A stretch of 64,000 bases of DNA from an uncultured Acidobacteriota bacterium. Its GTDB lineage: Bacteria; Acidobacteriota; Terriglobia; UBA7540. Below the pieces are notes generated by a model. The model was not told the origin of the DNA. It made no database searches and saw nothing but the letters and a program-made list of their open reading frames with translations. The stretch is taken from contig CAWDSK010000002.1 in the NCBI GenBank assembly GCA_963804995.1, positions 128,001 through 192,000 on the forward strand, read 5' to 3'. Of this stretch, positions 39,322 through 50,193 are shown piece after piece. The position numbers and the translations under genes are program-made. Position 1 is the stretch's first letter, and each line of letters begins with the position of its first letter.

Positions 39322-40923
39322 TTACGGCAGCGTCAAGGTCGGGTTCAGTTCCTGGGCGCGGCGAAATTCGGCTTTGGCCGCTTCCTCCTGCCCTGCTCTC
39401 CTCAGTGCCAGACCCAGGTTGTAGTGCGCGTCGGCATAAGTCGGGCGCAGGCCGAGAGCCCGGCGAAACTCGGCGACGGCCTCCTCAATCTGTCCGCTCT
39501 CGAGCAACGCCAAGCCAAGGTCGTTGCGCGCCTCCGGGAAGTCCGGTCGAAGCTTTACCGCCTCGCGAAATTCTCGAACCGCGCCCTCGAGATCATGCTT
39601 TTGCTGCAGCGCCAAGCCAAGATTTAGGCAAGCGTCAAGGTAGTTCGGATTCAGATCGAGCGTTTCGCGAAACTCGCTGACGGCGCGGTCCAGCTCTCCG
39701 GCCTGGGCGGCGGCCAGCCCTCGGTTGTAATGCGCCTCGGCCGAGTCCGGCGCGAGAGCGATGGCGCGGTCGAACTCAGCGACAGCGCCGGGGTGGTCGC
39801 CGGCTTGCCAGAGTAGCTTTCCCAGGCTGGTGTGCGCCTCCAGATAGTCGGGCTTCAGCTCGATGGCCTTTTCGAAATCACTCTCGGCCGAGCGCGCATC
39901 TCCCTTCTGTTCCCAGGCCAGGCCCATCAACTCGTAAGCCACGGGGTTCTCTTTCCACAATTCGAGCGCGCTGCGCGCATCTCTCAGTGTTGCGTCCGGG
40001 TCGTGCTGCGTCAAGTGGTCTGCGGCCGAGGCGGTCAGGCGCTTGGCTTGTGCGAGATTTTGGCGCGACTGGCTCAGCCCTGCAATCTGCTGCATCTCAG
40101 CGGCCGCCGCTCCACCCTGCCCTGCCTGCCGGAGGACCACGGCGCGGTTGTAGCGCGCCGCTTCGTAATCGGGCTTGATAGCGAGGGCGGCTTGGAATTC
40201 GGCCAGCGCCTCAGCAAGCTTTCCCTCCGTGCGCAGCGCCACGCCCAGGTTGTAGTGGGCTTCCGCATCATCAGGAGCCAGCCGCGCTGCAACACGGAAT
40301 TCCTCCCTGGCCTCCGCTTCTCTGCCCAGCCGGCGCAGCGCCACCCCGCGTCGCTCGTGAGCCGGCGCGAAATCCGGCTTGAGACGAACGGCTTGGCCAA
40401 ACTCGGAAACCGCACTCTGGAGATCACCTTTCTGTCCGAGCGCCAGCCCCAGGTTGTAATGCCCCTCAACTGACTTCGGGTCCAGCTCAACGGCGCGACG
40501 CAATTCCCGCAGGGACTCTTCAAGGTCATACTTGTTCAGGAGGGCTAATCCGAAGGCCAGGTGGATGGGAGCCGAGGAGGGACGGAGGCGCGCTGCCGAC
40601 CGGAAAGCTCCCAAGGCCTGATCGAGGTCCCCGATGTGTTCCAGGGAAACTCCCAGATTGTAATAAGCCTCCGCATAGTCAGGGCGCAGCCGGATGGCTT
40701 CGCGAAATTCGCGCAGGGCGGCGACGTGGTCGGTTTGGCGCGCGAGCGCGATGCCTTGCTCGTTATGGCGGCGAGCCTCCTCTTGGGTATCGACGGTGCC
40801 CGCGGCGGTGGGTGGTGTCGAAGCCGTCCCCGGGCTTCCGGCGGCCACCCCCAGGAAAAGAACGGGACTCGCCACGGCGGCCCAGCCTAGCCAGAAAACT
40901 AATTTTTTGGTCCCTCGCATCAC
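39322..40923 (-). CDS. Tetratricopeptide repeat protein, secreted
   Basis: More than ten 34-aa A(H/Y)YNLG repeats; signal peptide. Confidence 0.92.
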   Translation of the reverse strand: MMRGTKKLVFWLGWAAVASPVLFLGVAAGSPGTASTPPTAAGTVDTQEEARRHNEQGIALARQTDHVAALREFREAIRLRPDYAEAYYNLGVSLEHIGDLDQALGAFRSAARLRPSSAPIHLAFGLALLNKYDLEESLRELRRAVELDPKSVEGHYNLGLALGQKGDLQSAVSEFGQAVRLKPDFAPAHERRGVALRRLGREAEAREEFRVAARLAPDDAEAHYNLGVALRTEGKLAEALAEFQAALAIKPDYEAARYNRAVVLRQAGQGGAAAAEMQQIAGLSQSRQNLAQAKRLTASAADHLTQHDPDATLRDARSALELWKENPVAYELMGLAWEQKGDARSAESDFEKAIELKPDYLEAHTSLGKLLWQAGDHPGAVAEFDRAIALAPDSAEAHYNRGLAAAQAGELDRAVSEFRETLDLNPNYLDACLNLGLALQQKHDLEGAVREFREAVKLRPDFPEARNDLGLALLESGQIEEAVAEFRRALGLRPTYADAHYNLGLALRRAGQEEAAKAEFRRAQELNPTLTLP

Positions 40924-40928
40924 GTCGC

Positions 40929-43900
40929 CTAAAAGTTCAGTTTGAGCGCGACCTGCCCGATGCGCGGGTCGCGGGCCCCCGTGATCTGGCCAAAAGTCCT
41001 CGAGGTGATGCTGCCGGACGGATTGATGAACTGCGCGTGGTCAAAAATGTTGAAAAACTCGGCGCGGAACTCGAGGGAGGACCGCTCCTTGATGGGGGTC
41101 GTCTTGTGCAGGGCGAAATCGAAATTGTTGAGACCCGGACCGTGGAAGAAGCGCCGGCTGGCGTTCCCCGCCACACCCAACTGCTCGGTCGAGAAGGGCC
41201 CGGTATCGAAAAACTGATTGTTGGCGGTTTGGCGCGGGTTCAGGAACCGGATGGGCGTGCCGTCATAATTGGGCCGGTCCACTCCCGAGCAGCCGCAGAG
41301 CGCGAAATCGTCACCTTCACCCATAAGAATGGGCAGGCCGGTAGTAAACCGCGTGATCCCCGTGAACGTCCAGCCGTCCAGCAACCCGTGAACTGGGCCG
41401 TGCGTGGAACTCGTGAGACGCTTAAAGGGCAGGTTGTAACTGTAGCTTATGACGAAGTTCTGTATGAGGTCGAACGCAGACAGCGACTTGCTAATCAGGT
41501 GGTTATACGGGTTGGTGTTATCGTCGGCATAACCGGACGAGTCGTCGAGTGACTTCGACCAGGTGTAAGCGCCGAGGAAGGTGAAATCACCCGCTCTTTT
41601 CTCCAGGCTGACCTGCAGCCCGTTGTAATTGGAAAACGCGTCAGTGGCCGTATAGCTGTTGAAACCGGAGAAGTCCAGTATGCCTTGGCTCAGGTAGCGG
41701 CCGGAAGTCACCGAGTAGGGACGTGTGCCATAGAAGGTCTGGCCGTTGATCTGGTAGATGGAGTCCTCGCCGCTTGCCCCGCAGCCTTGGCTCAACTCTC
41801 CGGCCGCCGTGAAGAGCGCCAGAATCTGAAGGCAACTCGCGGGGTTGCCGGGGTTGAAATCGTACTGCGAAACCAAGTGATGGCCCCGCGTTCCGATGTA
41901 ACCCATAGTCAACAAGGTAGTGGAGCTGATCTGGCGCTCGATGCTGAAATTGAAATGCTCAGCGTAGGGCAGGACGTTGTCGGTCTTGAAACCGGGCGAA
42001 TAGGAGATGGGCTGGAATTTGGCGAAGTCGACATTGGACGGCACAGGAAGCGAGTAGGGGAAACGCTGTCCGGGATCGTTGTTGCGCAGGCGGTCCTTGT
42101 AAGGCTCTTCCAGATAAACGAGCGTCGGCGAGGTGTAGAGCTGCCCGAAGGGTGCGTCACCGACCTCATAGAACAGCGTCAAGTCCTCGATCGCCGTGTA
42201 GTAAATGCCGGTGGCGGCGCGGATGCTGGTTTTGCCCGGCCCGCCGAAAAGTTTGCCCAGCACGCCGTCGGTGAAACCCGGCGAGTAAGCAATGCCCGCA
42301 CGCGGCGCGAAGTTGTTCCAGCGCGTCGGGGCGATGGTCTTGGGGATTCCCCGATCGCCTGGGAATACCCAGCCCGTGGGAGCATTCGGAAAGACCTGAG
42401 ACTGCTGGCCCGGCACGAACCCCTGGATTTTGCCCTGAGTATCGTAGAACGGCTCACTCGCCTCCCAGCGCAGGCCGTAGTTGAGCGTGAAGTTCGAACG
42501 TATCTTGTAAGTATCCTGCCCATAAAGCCCGAAGTACTTGGTGCGCGAATCCAGGAACTGCCGACTCAACTGACTGGCCTGGTCGGGAGCGCCGAGCAGA
42601 TAATCTGCGAAGTCATTCCCCGTTTCACCGCCGCCGAAAGTGAACGAGGCGTTGACGGAGGCGGAGTTTCGCTCGTTGATTTGGAAGAACCGGAGTTCGC
42701 CGCCAAACTTGAAGGTGTGCTTACCCGTCACTTTCGATAAATTGTCCGTAATCTGGTAGGTGTTGTTGGCCTGCTGGGTCGTGAGAGAAGGAGTGCCCAT
42801 AATGATTCCAAGCTGATTGAGGAAGATCTGGGGCATGCCCTCGATGCTGGGGTTCCCGGGAATAATGCCCAACCCTCCCTCCACGAAGCCGAAGCTGGAG
42901 ATTTTCCCAAGTCCTCCCGCCGGTTCGCCCAGGTGCGTGGCGGAGCGTGTATAGTTCAGGCGGAGCTCGTTGACCAGGGTGGGACCGAAAATGTGCGTGT
43001 TGTTCATGTTGAACTGTTGCGCTCGGGAGGGCGTGATGGAAGGAAAGCCGGGGACGTTGGAGCCGTTGCCCACCTCGGAGGGAAAAGGAAGAAAGACATT
43101 CGAGTCATCGAAGTTGTAGTAGAAACTCCAGTTCCCTGCCCGCTGGCTGTTCAGATCAATGCGCGCACCAAACTTATCGTCCCGCACCATTTGCTTGGAG
43201 GAAGCCGACGAATAGAAGGGCTGGCCTCCCGAGGTGCCGGTGGGAGTGGGAACATACTGCAACGTGCCTTGGGCGGCGGGGGACCACGCGGACTGGGGAA
43301 TCACCTGGCCCGGAAACACGCAGGTTCCCGCCAGGGCGTCACCCAGAGTATCGGCCAGCCCTGGACCCAATAAGGCTCACCGGCCGTCACCGGGTATCCG
43401 AGCCGCGAAGTCAGGGTCTGCGCGAAGTCGCCGGGAGCGTTGTCGCCGCGCACGCTGCCGGTAAGAGCCGCGAACCCCGTCGTGCCAACGTCGGAGAAGT
43501 CTCCACCCCGCTCGGTCGGCGAGGGCACGGGAATGATACCGGTGGAAAGGCCACGCCTTTCCCGTGTCCCCTGATAATCGCCGAAGAAGAAAAGCCGGTT
43601 CTTGAGGATAGGCCCGCCGCCCGTCCCACCAAACTGGTTGCGCTTGAAGTCCCCCCGGGTCGGATCGAAGAAATTACGGGAGTCCAGCTTCTCGTTGCGC
43701 AGGAAGTTGTAGGCGTCGCCGTGAAACGCGTTGGTCCCGCCCTTGGTGACCACGTTGACGAGGGCGCCCGAAAAACGGCCATACTCAGCGTCAAACGAAT
43801 TGGTCAGCAGGCGGAACTCCTGGATGGAGTCAAGCGTGGGGGCAATCGCGGCGCCGTTGTTTCTACCCTCTTCCACATCGCCGCCGTTTACCATGAAGGA

Positions 43901-44494
43901 ATTCGCAGTCTCTCTCTGCCCGTTCACCGAGACATTGCCGGCATTACCGGTTCCCGAGACCGGGCGATCCGACAAGGTTGCGCCGGAATTGATGGGAACA
44001 ACGCCCGCCTGAAGTCCCAGGAGGTCGATGTAGCTGCGACCGTTGAGGGGCAGGCCGGTCATCTTCTTGTCTTGGATCACGTCCCCGAGTTGATTGCTGG
44101 TAGTCTCAACCTGGACTGCCTGCGCGGAAACCTCGATGGTCTGCATCGTGGAGCCGACCACGAGTTTGAAGTCGGCGCGAAAACGTTGATTCACCAGGAG
44201 CGTGATCGCGGTCTGGGTGGCTTTCTGGAATCCGTTGGCCTCGACTTCGACACTGTAGTTCTCGCCGACCGGAACGGAAAGGAATTCGTAGCTGCCCGTG
44301 ATGTCGGTGACGGTCCGCCGAAAGGAGCCGGTTGCTCGATAGCGCAAGCTGACCGTCGCGCCCGGCACGGCGGCGCCCGTCTGATCCGTTACCACGCCGA
44401 GGATGGTGCCCGTTATGTCGGCCCTGAGAGGGGAAACTGTGATGCAGATTGCGGTGAAGGCGAACAATGCCACCCAATAGCTGCCTTTTTTCAT
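40929..44494 (-). CDS. TonB-dependent receptor, Oar-like with carboxypeptidase-regulatory N-domain (apparent frameshift near 43365)
   Basis: GVVTDQTGAAVPGATV, LPLNGR, DAEYGR, RNQFGG, LNYGLRW, APRAGIAY and C-terminal RIGQVALKLNF. Confidence 0.92.
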
Positions 44495-44667
44495 GCTGGT
44501 CCTCCTGCCGATTGGCCCGACGCTCGTTCATGCGCGTACACCGTATTTCTGCCAATGTCAAGCTGCCCGGTCTCTTCCCGCCCGTTTTTTAACACATATG
44601 TAATAAAAGGTGAAGAAAAAGCATGAGGAGGAATCGCCGTGAACCCAGGTTCGCGGGTGGTGAAGTA

Positions 44668-44862
44668 ACCCCTCACCCGCCTGCGGGCCGAAGCTAACGT
44701 TGTTTGCTGTTCCCGGGTGCCCCTTCGGTGGGCGCAGGCCCGTCCCGCCTCCCGATAGAATGCATCGGGACGGCGGTCCACCCTCTCCCCTCGGAGAGGG
44801 CGGTTTGACTTCCAACCTTCTCCCAGGGGAGAAGGTGCTGAGGTACGAAGCGGATGAGGGGT
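44668..44862. repeat. CCCCTCACCC...CCCTCTCCC REP-like composite with nested palindromes
   Basis: Homologous to 53588-53655 but carries extra inserted hairpins; a degenerate inverted unit at about 44825-44862. Confidence 0.75.
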
Positions 44863-44966
44863 TCCTTGGATCGAAGTCGCGACATTCAATGCGCCCCCCA
44901 AAAGGTTTGCTAAAAAAACAAGAATTTACGGTATTGCATTCCAGGGCGGCAGAACCGCAATAAGAT

Positions 44967-45018
44967 TGTAGCGCCGACCTTGAGGTCGGCATGTGTCCCG
45001 ACAGGTCGGGACGCTACA
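44967..45018. repeat. GTAG/CTAC REP doublet
   Basis: TGTAGC-GCCGACCTTGAGGTCGGC...GTCCCGACAGGTCGGGAC-GCTACA. Confidence 0.8.
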
Positions 45019-45032
45019 TCTTCGTCCGAGCG

Positions 45033-46065
45033 TTACCGGACGTGTTTAGCCGGCGAGTTACGATCCCCGGCGAATTTCTGCTGATGCCAGTAGGGGTAAG
45101 GCAGCGGGGGGGCGCTGACTTCGTCGAGGCGTTCCACTTCGGCATCCGTAAGGGTCCAGTTCGCGGTGGCGAGGTTGTCGCGGAGTTGCTGCTCGTTGCG
45201 GGCGCCGATGATGACCGTGTCCACCCCAGGTTCGCGCGTCACCCAGTTCAGCGCGACCTGGGATATGGAAACCCCGCGCGGGGAGGCGATTTCGGCAAGG
45301 ACGTCGACGATTCTGAAAAGCCGCTCCTCATCAACGGTGCCGGGCGCGTCGAGAGTGTTCAGCCGCGACACAGAAGGCTTCGGCTGGCCGCGGCGGAATT
45401 TGCCGGACAAAAGGCCGGCTTGCAGGGGGCTCCACGCCATGATGCCCGTCCGCTGGTCGAGGCCGGCCGGCACGAGTTCGTATTCTGCGTCGCGGGCGAG
45501 CAGCGAATAGTTGATTTGCTGCGAGATATAGCGCTCGAATCCCGAGCCGGTCCGAAATGGACAGGGCTTTCATGAGTTGCCAACCCGAGTAGTTTGAGCA
45601 ACCGGCGTGGCGGATCTTACCGGCGCGGATCAAATCCTCGAAGGCGCGCAAGGTCTCTTCGAGGGGCGTGAGGGAATCAAAGTTGTGGGCCTGGTAGAGA
45701 TCGATGTAATCAGTTCCAAGACGGCGAAGACTCGCCTCGCAGGCTTCCAGGATGTGGCGGCGTGAGAGTCCGGCCTTGTTGGTTCCGGCTTCGAGTCGCA
45801 CGAAGACTTTCGTCGCCAAAACGATATCTTTGCGGCGCGCGCCAAGTGCCTGGCCGAGAACTTCCTCCGACTTGCCAAACGAGTAGATGTCGGCCGTGTC
45901 AAACAGGTTTACGCCTGCTTCGATGCAGATTTCAATGTAGCGGCGCGCCTCCGCCGCTTGCACGTTGCCCATCGCGGCGAACCGGCCTTCACCGCCCAGC
46001 GTCATGGTGCCGAAGCTCAGCACCGATACTTCCAGACCACTCGCGCCTAGCAATCTGTATTCCAT
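45033..46065 (-). CDS. Aldo/keto reductase (apparent frameshift near 45540)
   Basis: FGTMT, FDTADIY, LATK, SLRRLGTDYIDLYQAH and WSPL motifs. Confidence 0.9.
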
Positions 46066-46280
46066 GCTTTCTCCTCTGACCAACAGGGTTCTTGCGCATT
46101 GCCCTGTAGCCGGTCTCTATGATCGCCAGGCTGGCTGGCGCCGAGCGCAACTCCACACTCTAGCGTGGTATATTAGCGCTGGTCATGCCCACCCACAAAC
46201 GGCCTTTTGCGTTGGGACGCTCCAACCTCTGACCCGCAGCGCCTATCGCTGCGCCCGCGGCAACAAAAGCGGCGTCCGCA

Positions 46281-46997
46281 CTACGTTGCCGGCGTGACCA
46301 GAAAGACTTTTGCTCCCATCGCACGGCACACGTCGATTACGTGCACGACATCCCTGTATGGTAAGAGCCCGTCGGCATTCACGCGAACCGCTTTCTCACT
46401 GTGGTTCTGGAAGAGTTGCCTTAGCCGGCTTTCGAGATTCGCCCAGGGAACATCTTCGTTGTTGATCTTGAGCCCCGGCTGTGACCCTTCCGAGTTGAGA
46501 ACTTGCACGACGGTTGATTCCGCTCGCGAGGGCGTCGGAGGCCCCACCCGCACTTCCAACCCTTTCGGAGACACTAATTTCCCGGGTTCCGGCTTCTTAT
46601 CCTGGCCGGTCAGCAGGTTGGGCGCGGTGACGCCTGCCACACGCACAGCGTCCAGAACCTTCGCGACGTTGGCATAAGGAGTACGCGCGTCTGCCTTGAT
46701 ATAGAGCTTCTCCCCGGCACGACCGGAGAGGCCCTGCTTTTCCGCCAAGGCTGCGGGAGTGATGGGATCGATTCCCAAGTACACGTTGCCGTTGCGGGTA
46801 ACAGCTACGATCAACGATCCATCTTTGTCCGCATCGGGCATCGCCACCGCATGACGGGTGACCGCTAACTCTACGCTGACGCCCTTTCGCAACGCCTGGG
46901 CGGCGCCCCTGGGGGCAGCATAGAGCATGGTTATAAAGATCACGAACGTGAGGCTCCACACCCGGCGCCAGGGTCTTCCCCAAATATTGCAACTCAT
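46281..46997 (-). CDS. ExbD/TolR-like protein with two periplasmic domains
   Basis: TM helix, then IKADARTPY...VLD and VNADGLLPY...VID repeats. Confidence 0.75.
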   Translation of the reverse strand: MSCNIWGRPWRRVWSLTFVIFITMLYAAPRGAAQALRKGVSVELAVTRHAVAMPDADKDGSLIVAVTRNGNVYLGIDPITPAALAEKQGLSGRAGEKLYIKADARTPYANVAKVLDAVRVAGVTAPNLLTGQDKKPEPGKLVSPKGLEVRVGPPTPSRAESTVVQVLNSEGSQPGLKINNEDVPWANLESRLRQLFQNHSEKAVRVNADGLLPYRDVVHVIDVCRAMGAKVFLVTPAT

Positions 46998-47030
46998 ATC
47001 TTCTTCTCCTTCTGCGGCCAAGCACCCGTT

Positions 47031-47166
47031 TGGGAGTGCGGCAGCTTGGTGCCGCTTTCCTCCCCGCGAGCTGGCTCGCGGCAAACTTCACCTTGGGCGT
47101 AATCGCGCCAAGGCACGGCCAGCAAGCTGGCCTGGGAAAAAGCGGCAGCGAGCTGCCGCACTCCAA
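47031..47166. repeat. GGAGTGCGGCAGC...GCTGCCGCACTCC REP doublet
   Basis: Inverted terminal arms, each containing a hairpin. Confidence 0.8.
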
Positions 47167-47184
47167 AATTTCGCATGCCGGGCG

Positions 47185-48042
47185 TTACTGCCCTTTGCTC
47201 AATGCCGCCGTGCCCATCATGCCGCCTAAACCCATGGTCTCAACCACGGAGGAGGGCACAATCACCATGGAGCCCCGCTCCTTGATCGCTTCATAAAGCA
47301 TGTTCATGGCGCGCAAATGCAGAGCCGTCGGGTTGCCGGCGTAGACTTGCGCGGCATGCTCGAACTTGGCCGCAATGTCCATCTCAGCTTGCCCCAGGAT
47401 GATGCGGGCCTGGCGTTCGCGCTCGGCCTGGGCCTGACGCGACATGGCGTCTTCGAGGGCCTGGGGAATGTGCACGTCGCGAATCTCTACCGACTGCACG
47501 GTGATGCCCCAGGGATTGGTCTTCTCATCCAAAATGCGCTGCAACTCATGGCCCAGGACTTCGCGTTCGGTGATCATTTGCGCCAACTCGTGACGCCCAA
47601 TCGATTCCCGCAGAGCCGTCTGCGCGCTCATGGTGATGGCGTCCACGAAACTCTCGACTTCCAGGATGGACTTCTCCGCATTCCACACGACCCAGAACAC
47701 GATGGCGTCAACGTTTACGGGAACCGTGTCGCGCGTCAGGGCTGACTCCGCCGAGACTTTTGAGACTCGCACGCGCTGGTCGACGTAAGCGCTCAGCGTG
47801 TCGACCACCGGTATGATCATGACCATGCCGGGGCCGCGCAGTCCGAGGTAGTGGCCGAAGCGCAGCACCGCCACCTTCTCCCATTGGCGAATCACCTTGA
47901 TGGCGAACAGGAAGTAGACGCCCACCAGAGCCCCGGCAATCAAGGGGGCGGGATGTTTGAGGACGGCGCCCACCGCCACGCCTACGCCTACGCAGATTAC
48001 GCATACGGTCTTTCCCACATTGCTCACATTCAATTTGGACAT
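47185..48042 (-). CDS. SPFH/stomatin (slipin) family protein
   Basis: LTRDTVPVNVDA, AQTALR, WGITVQSVEIRDV and QAQAERERQA motifs. Confidence 0.92.
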   Translation of the reverse strand: MSKLNVSNVGKTVCVICVGVGVAVGAVLKHPAPLIAGALVGVYFLFAIKVIRQWEKVAVLRFGHYLGLRGPGMVMIIPVVDTLSAYVDQRVRVSKVSAESALTRDTVPVNVDAIVFWVVWNAEKSILEVESFVDAITMSAQTALRESIGRHELAQMITEREVLGHELQRILDEKTNPWGITVQSVEIRDVHIPQALEDAMSRQAQAERERQARIILGQAEMDIAAKFEHAAQVYAGNPTALHLRAMNMLYEAIKERGSMVIVPSSVVETMGLGGMMGTAALSKGQ

Positions 48043-48045
48043 GGT

Positions 48046-48471
48046 TCACCTCCGCTTTTTGCCGTCGGATTCAGGGACCAGTTCCTTGAGCCGCTCGACC
48101 AGTTCATTTACCTTGAAGCCACCCGCTCCCGCTCGGGCGGCAACGTCGCGTACGAGTTGATCCAACTGCCGCTCCCGCTCAACCTCATCCGGGGGGACCT
48201 GCTTCTCCGCTATGAATGTTCCCGTGCCCTGGTGGGTCTCAATCACGCCGCGGATTTCGAGCTCGCGATAGGCGCGCAGCACGGTGTTGGGGTTGATGGC
48301 AAGATCCACGGCCACCTGACGCACGGTGGGAAGCTGGTCGCCTTTCTCGATCCACCCGGAAGCGATGCCACCTTGCACCTGGTCGATGATCTGGCGATAG
48401 ACCGGCACGCCGCTCGCAAGATCGAGGCGGAAGGCGAAGGGAGCTTTACGGATTGGAGTCGTCTTATTCAT
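48046..48471 (-). CDS. GntR (YtrA-like) transcriptional regulator
   Basis: PVYRQI, LPTVRQVA, INPNTVLRAY and GTGTF motifs; short C-domain. Confidence 0.92.
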   Translation of the reverse strand: MNKTTPIRKAPFAFRLDLASGVPVYRQIIDQVQGGIASGWIEKGDQLPTVRQVAVDLAINPNTVLRAYRELEIRGVIETHQGTGTFIAEKQVPPDEVERERQLDQLVRDVAARAGAGGFKVNELVERLKELVPESDGKKRR

Positions 48472-48481
48472 TTATATGTCT

Positions 48482-48510
48482 AGTGTACTAGTTAACTAAG
48501 ACAATGTCAA
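48482..48510 (-). promoter_or_regulatory. Sigma70 promoter with an overlapping YtrA-type operator
   Basis: Minus strand TTGACA, 17-bp spacer, TACACT; near-palindrome TGTACTAGTTAACTAAGACA at 48484-48503. Confidence 0.7.
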
Positions 48511-48553
48511 GAGAAAAATGCAAGGGGGGGGAGACCCGCAACAGGAGGATGTC

Positions 48554-48768
48554 GCGCAAGGCCCGCACGTAGGTCCGCCAATCTTTAGGGCGGACGGCTC
48601 TTCCACCGCGACGTGGTCTGGGCGGCGCGGTTTTGATGCTGAAGAAACGTTGTTTCAGACGCGGGCAAAAGAAATGCAGATTATCTAGTTTGCGGCGCAG
48701 AAATGACCCCGGCCGCTGGAAGAGCCGTCCGCCACTAAAATTGGCGGACCTACGTGCGGGCCCTGCGC
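48554..48768. repeat. MITE/REPIN-like element with about 52-bp inverted arms
   Basis: 48554-48605 is a near reverse complement of 48717-48768. Confidence 0.85.
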
Positions 48769-48882
48769 TACAAAGCCGGTCCGCGGTACGCCTGACCTGC
48801 TACATGCAGCTCGGAGGTGTTGGCGTAGCGACATCCTGAGCGTACAATGCTCGGGCAGATTTAGCCGCTCAAAGGAAATCGC

Positions 48883-50157
48883 ATGATGCCGAATCAAGAT
48901 GCAGCCCCCGCAGCGCAACCGGACATCCTGGTGATTGGCGCCGGCGTGGTGGGAATTTGTTCCGCGTATTACCTGGCTGGGCAGGGCCAGCGCGTGACGG
49001 TCGTCGATAAAGGTGAAGTAGGCGCCGGCTGTTCCTATGGAAACGCGGGGCTGCTGGTCCCCAGTCACAGTGTTCCGCTGGCGGCCCCAGGAGTCTTCCG
49101 CAAGGCGCTCAAATGGATCGGCAATCCGGAAAGCCCTCTGTACATCAAGCCTCGATTAAGCCTGAGCCTGCTTTCCTGGATGTGGCGATTCCAGATGGCC
49201 TGCCGGGAAAAACCGATGCGTAAATCCATCCCCATACTGCGGGATCTCAGCCTGGCGAGCCTTGCCTTGCACCAGGAACTCGCTGGCAAAAGCGGGATGG
49301 ACTGGTGCTATGCCGAGAAGGGCCTCTTGATGGTCTACCATAGCAGCCAGGGTCTCAAGGATGGAGGGCACGAGGCGAGCTTGCTTGCGGAGTACGGGAT
49401 CAAGTCACGAATACTCGCTGCCCAAGAAGTGCGAGAGCTAGCGCCAGAGGTCAGGCCGGAGATTGTGGGCGGCGTGTTCTACCCTGACAACGCGCACCTC
49501 CAGCCCCATCAGTTCGTCCAGAGCGTGGCCCGTCTGGCAAAGGAAAAGGGAGTAGAAATCAGGACGGGCACCGAAGTCGTGGGATTTGAGACCGCGGGTG
49601 GAAAGATCCGTACCGTCAGAACCACGCGGGGTGACTTCCACCCTGGGCAAGTCGTCCTGGCAACCGGCTCGTGGTCACCCGGCCTCACGCGGGATTTCAA
49701 CCTGGACGTGTGCATTCAACCCGCGAAAGGTTATAGCGTGACGGTTCGGCGGCCCGCGCGGTGGTCCTCCCCGCCGCTGATGCTGTGTGAAGCCAAGGTG
49801 GGCGTAACACCTATGGGCGATCTCTTGAGATTCGCGGGGACGCTCGAATTGGCGGGCCTGGACTTTTCCATCAATTCAAGGCGCGTCTCAGCCATTCAAC
49901 GCGCCGCTCGTGAATACCTGGTGGGCGCGGAGGAAGCTGAACTCGTGGAAATCTGGCGGGGTCTGAGGCCCTGTACGCCTGACGCTCTGCCCATCATTGC
50001 GCGCTCGAAATCGCCTGAGAATCTGATTGTCGCCGCAGGACACGGCATGCTGGGCGTTTCCTTGGGACCGATTACCGGCAAGCTGGTCTCGCAACTCGCC
50101 ACCCTCGAGACCCCCATGATTGACTTGTCGCTGCTCAGCGCAGAACGATTTCAGTGA
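48883..50157 (+). CDS. FAD-dependent D-amino acid dehydrogenase-like oxidoreductase
   Basis: IGAGVVG, CSYGNAG, PAKGYS, GLRPCTPD and GHGMLG motifs. Confidence 0.9.
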   Translation: MMPNQDAAPAAQPDILVIGAGVVGICSAYYLAGQGQRVTVVDKGEVGAGCSYGNAGLLVPSHSVPLAAPGVFRKALKWIGNPESPLYIKPRLSLSLLSWMWRFQMACREKPMRKSIPILRDLSLASLALHQELAGKSGMDWCYAEKGLLMVYHSSQGLKDGGHEASLLAEYGIKSRILAAQEVRELAPEVRPEIVGGVFYPDNAHLQPHQFVQSVARLAKEKGVEIRTGTEVVGFETAGGKIRTVRTTRGDFHPGQVVLATGSWSPGLTRDFNLDVCIQPAKGYSVTVRRPARWSSPPLMLCEAKVGVTPMGDLLRFAGTLELAGLDFSINSRRVSAIQRAAREYLVGAEEAELVEIWRGLRPCTPDALPIIARSKSPENLIVAAGHGMLGVSLGPITGKLVSQLATLETPMIDLSLLSAERFQ

Positions 50158-50193
50158 CGCGGCGGGCATCATAGCAAAGGAAAGGAAAACCCC

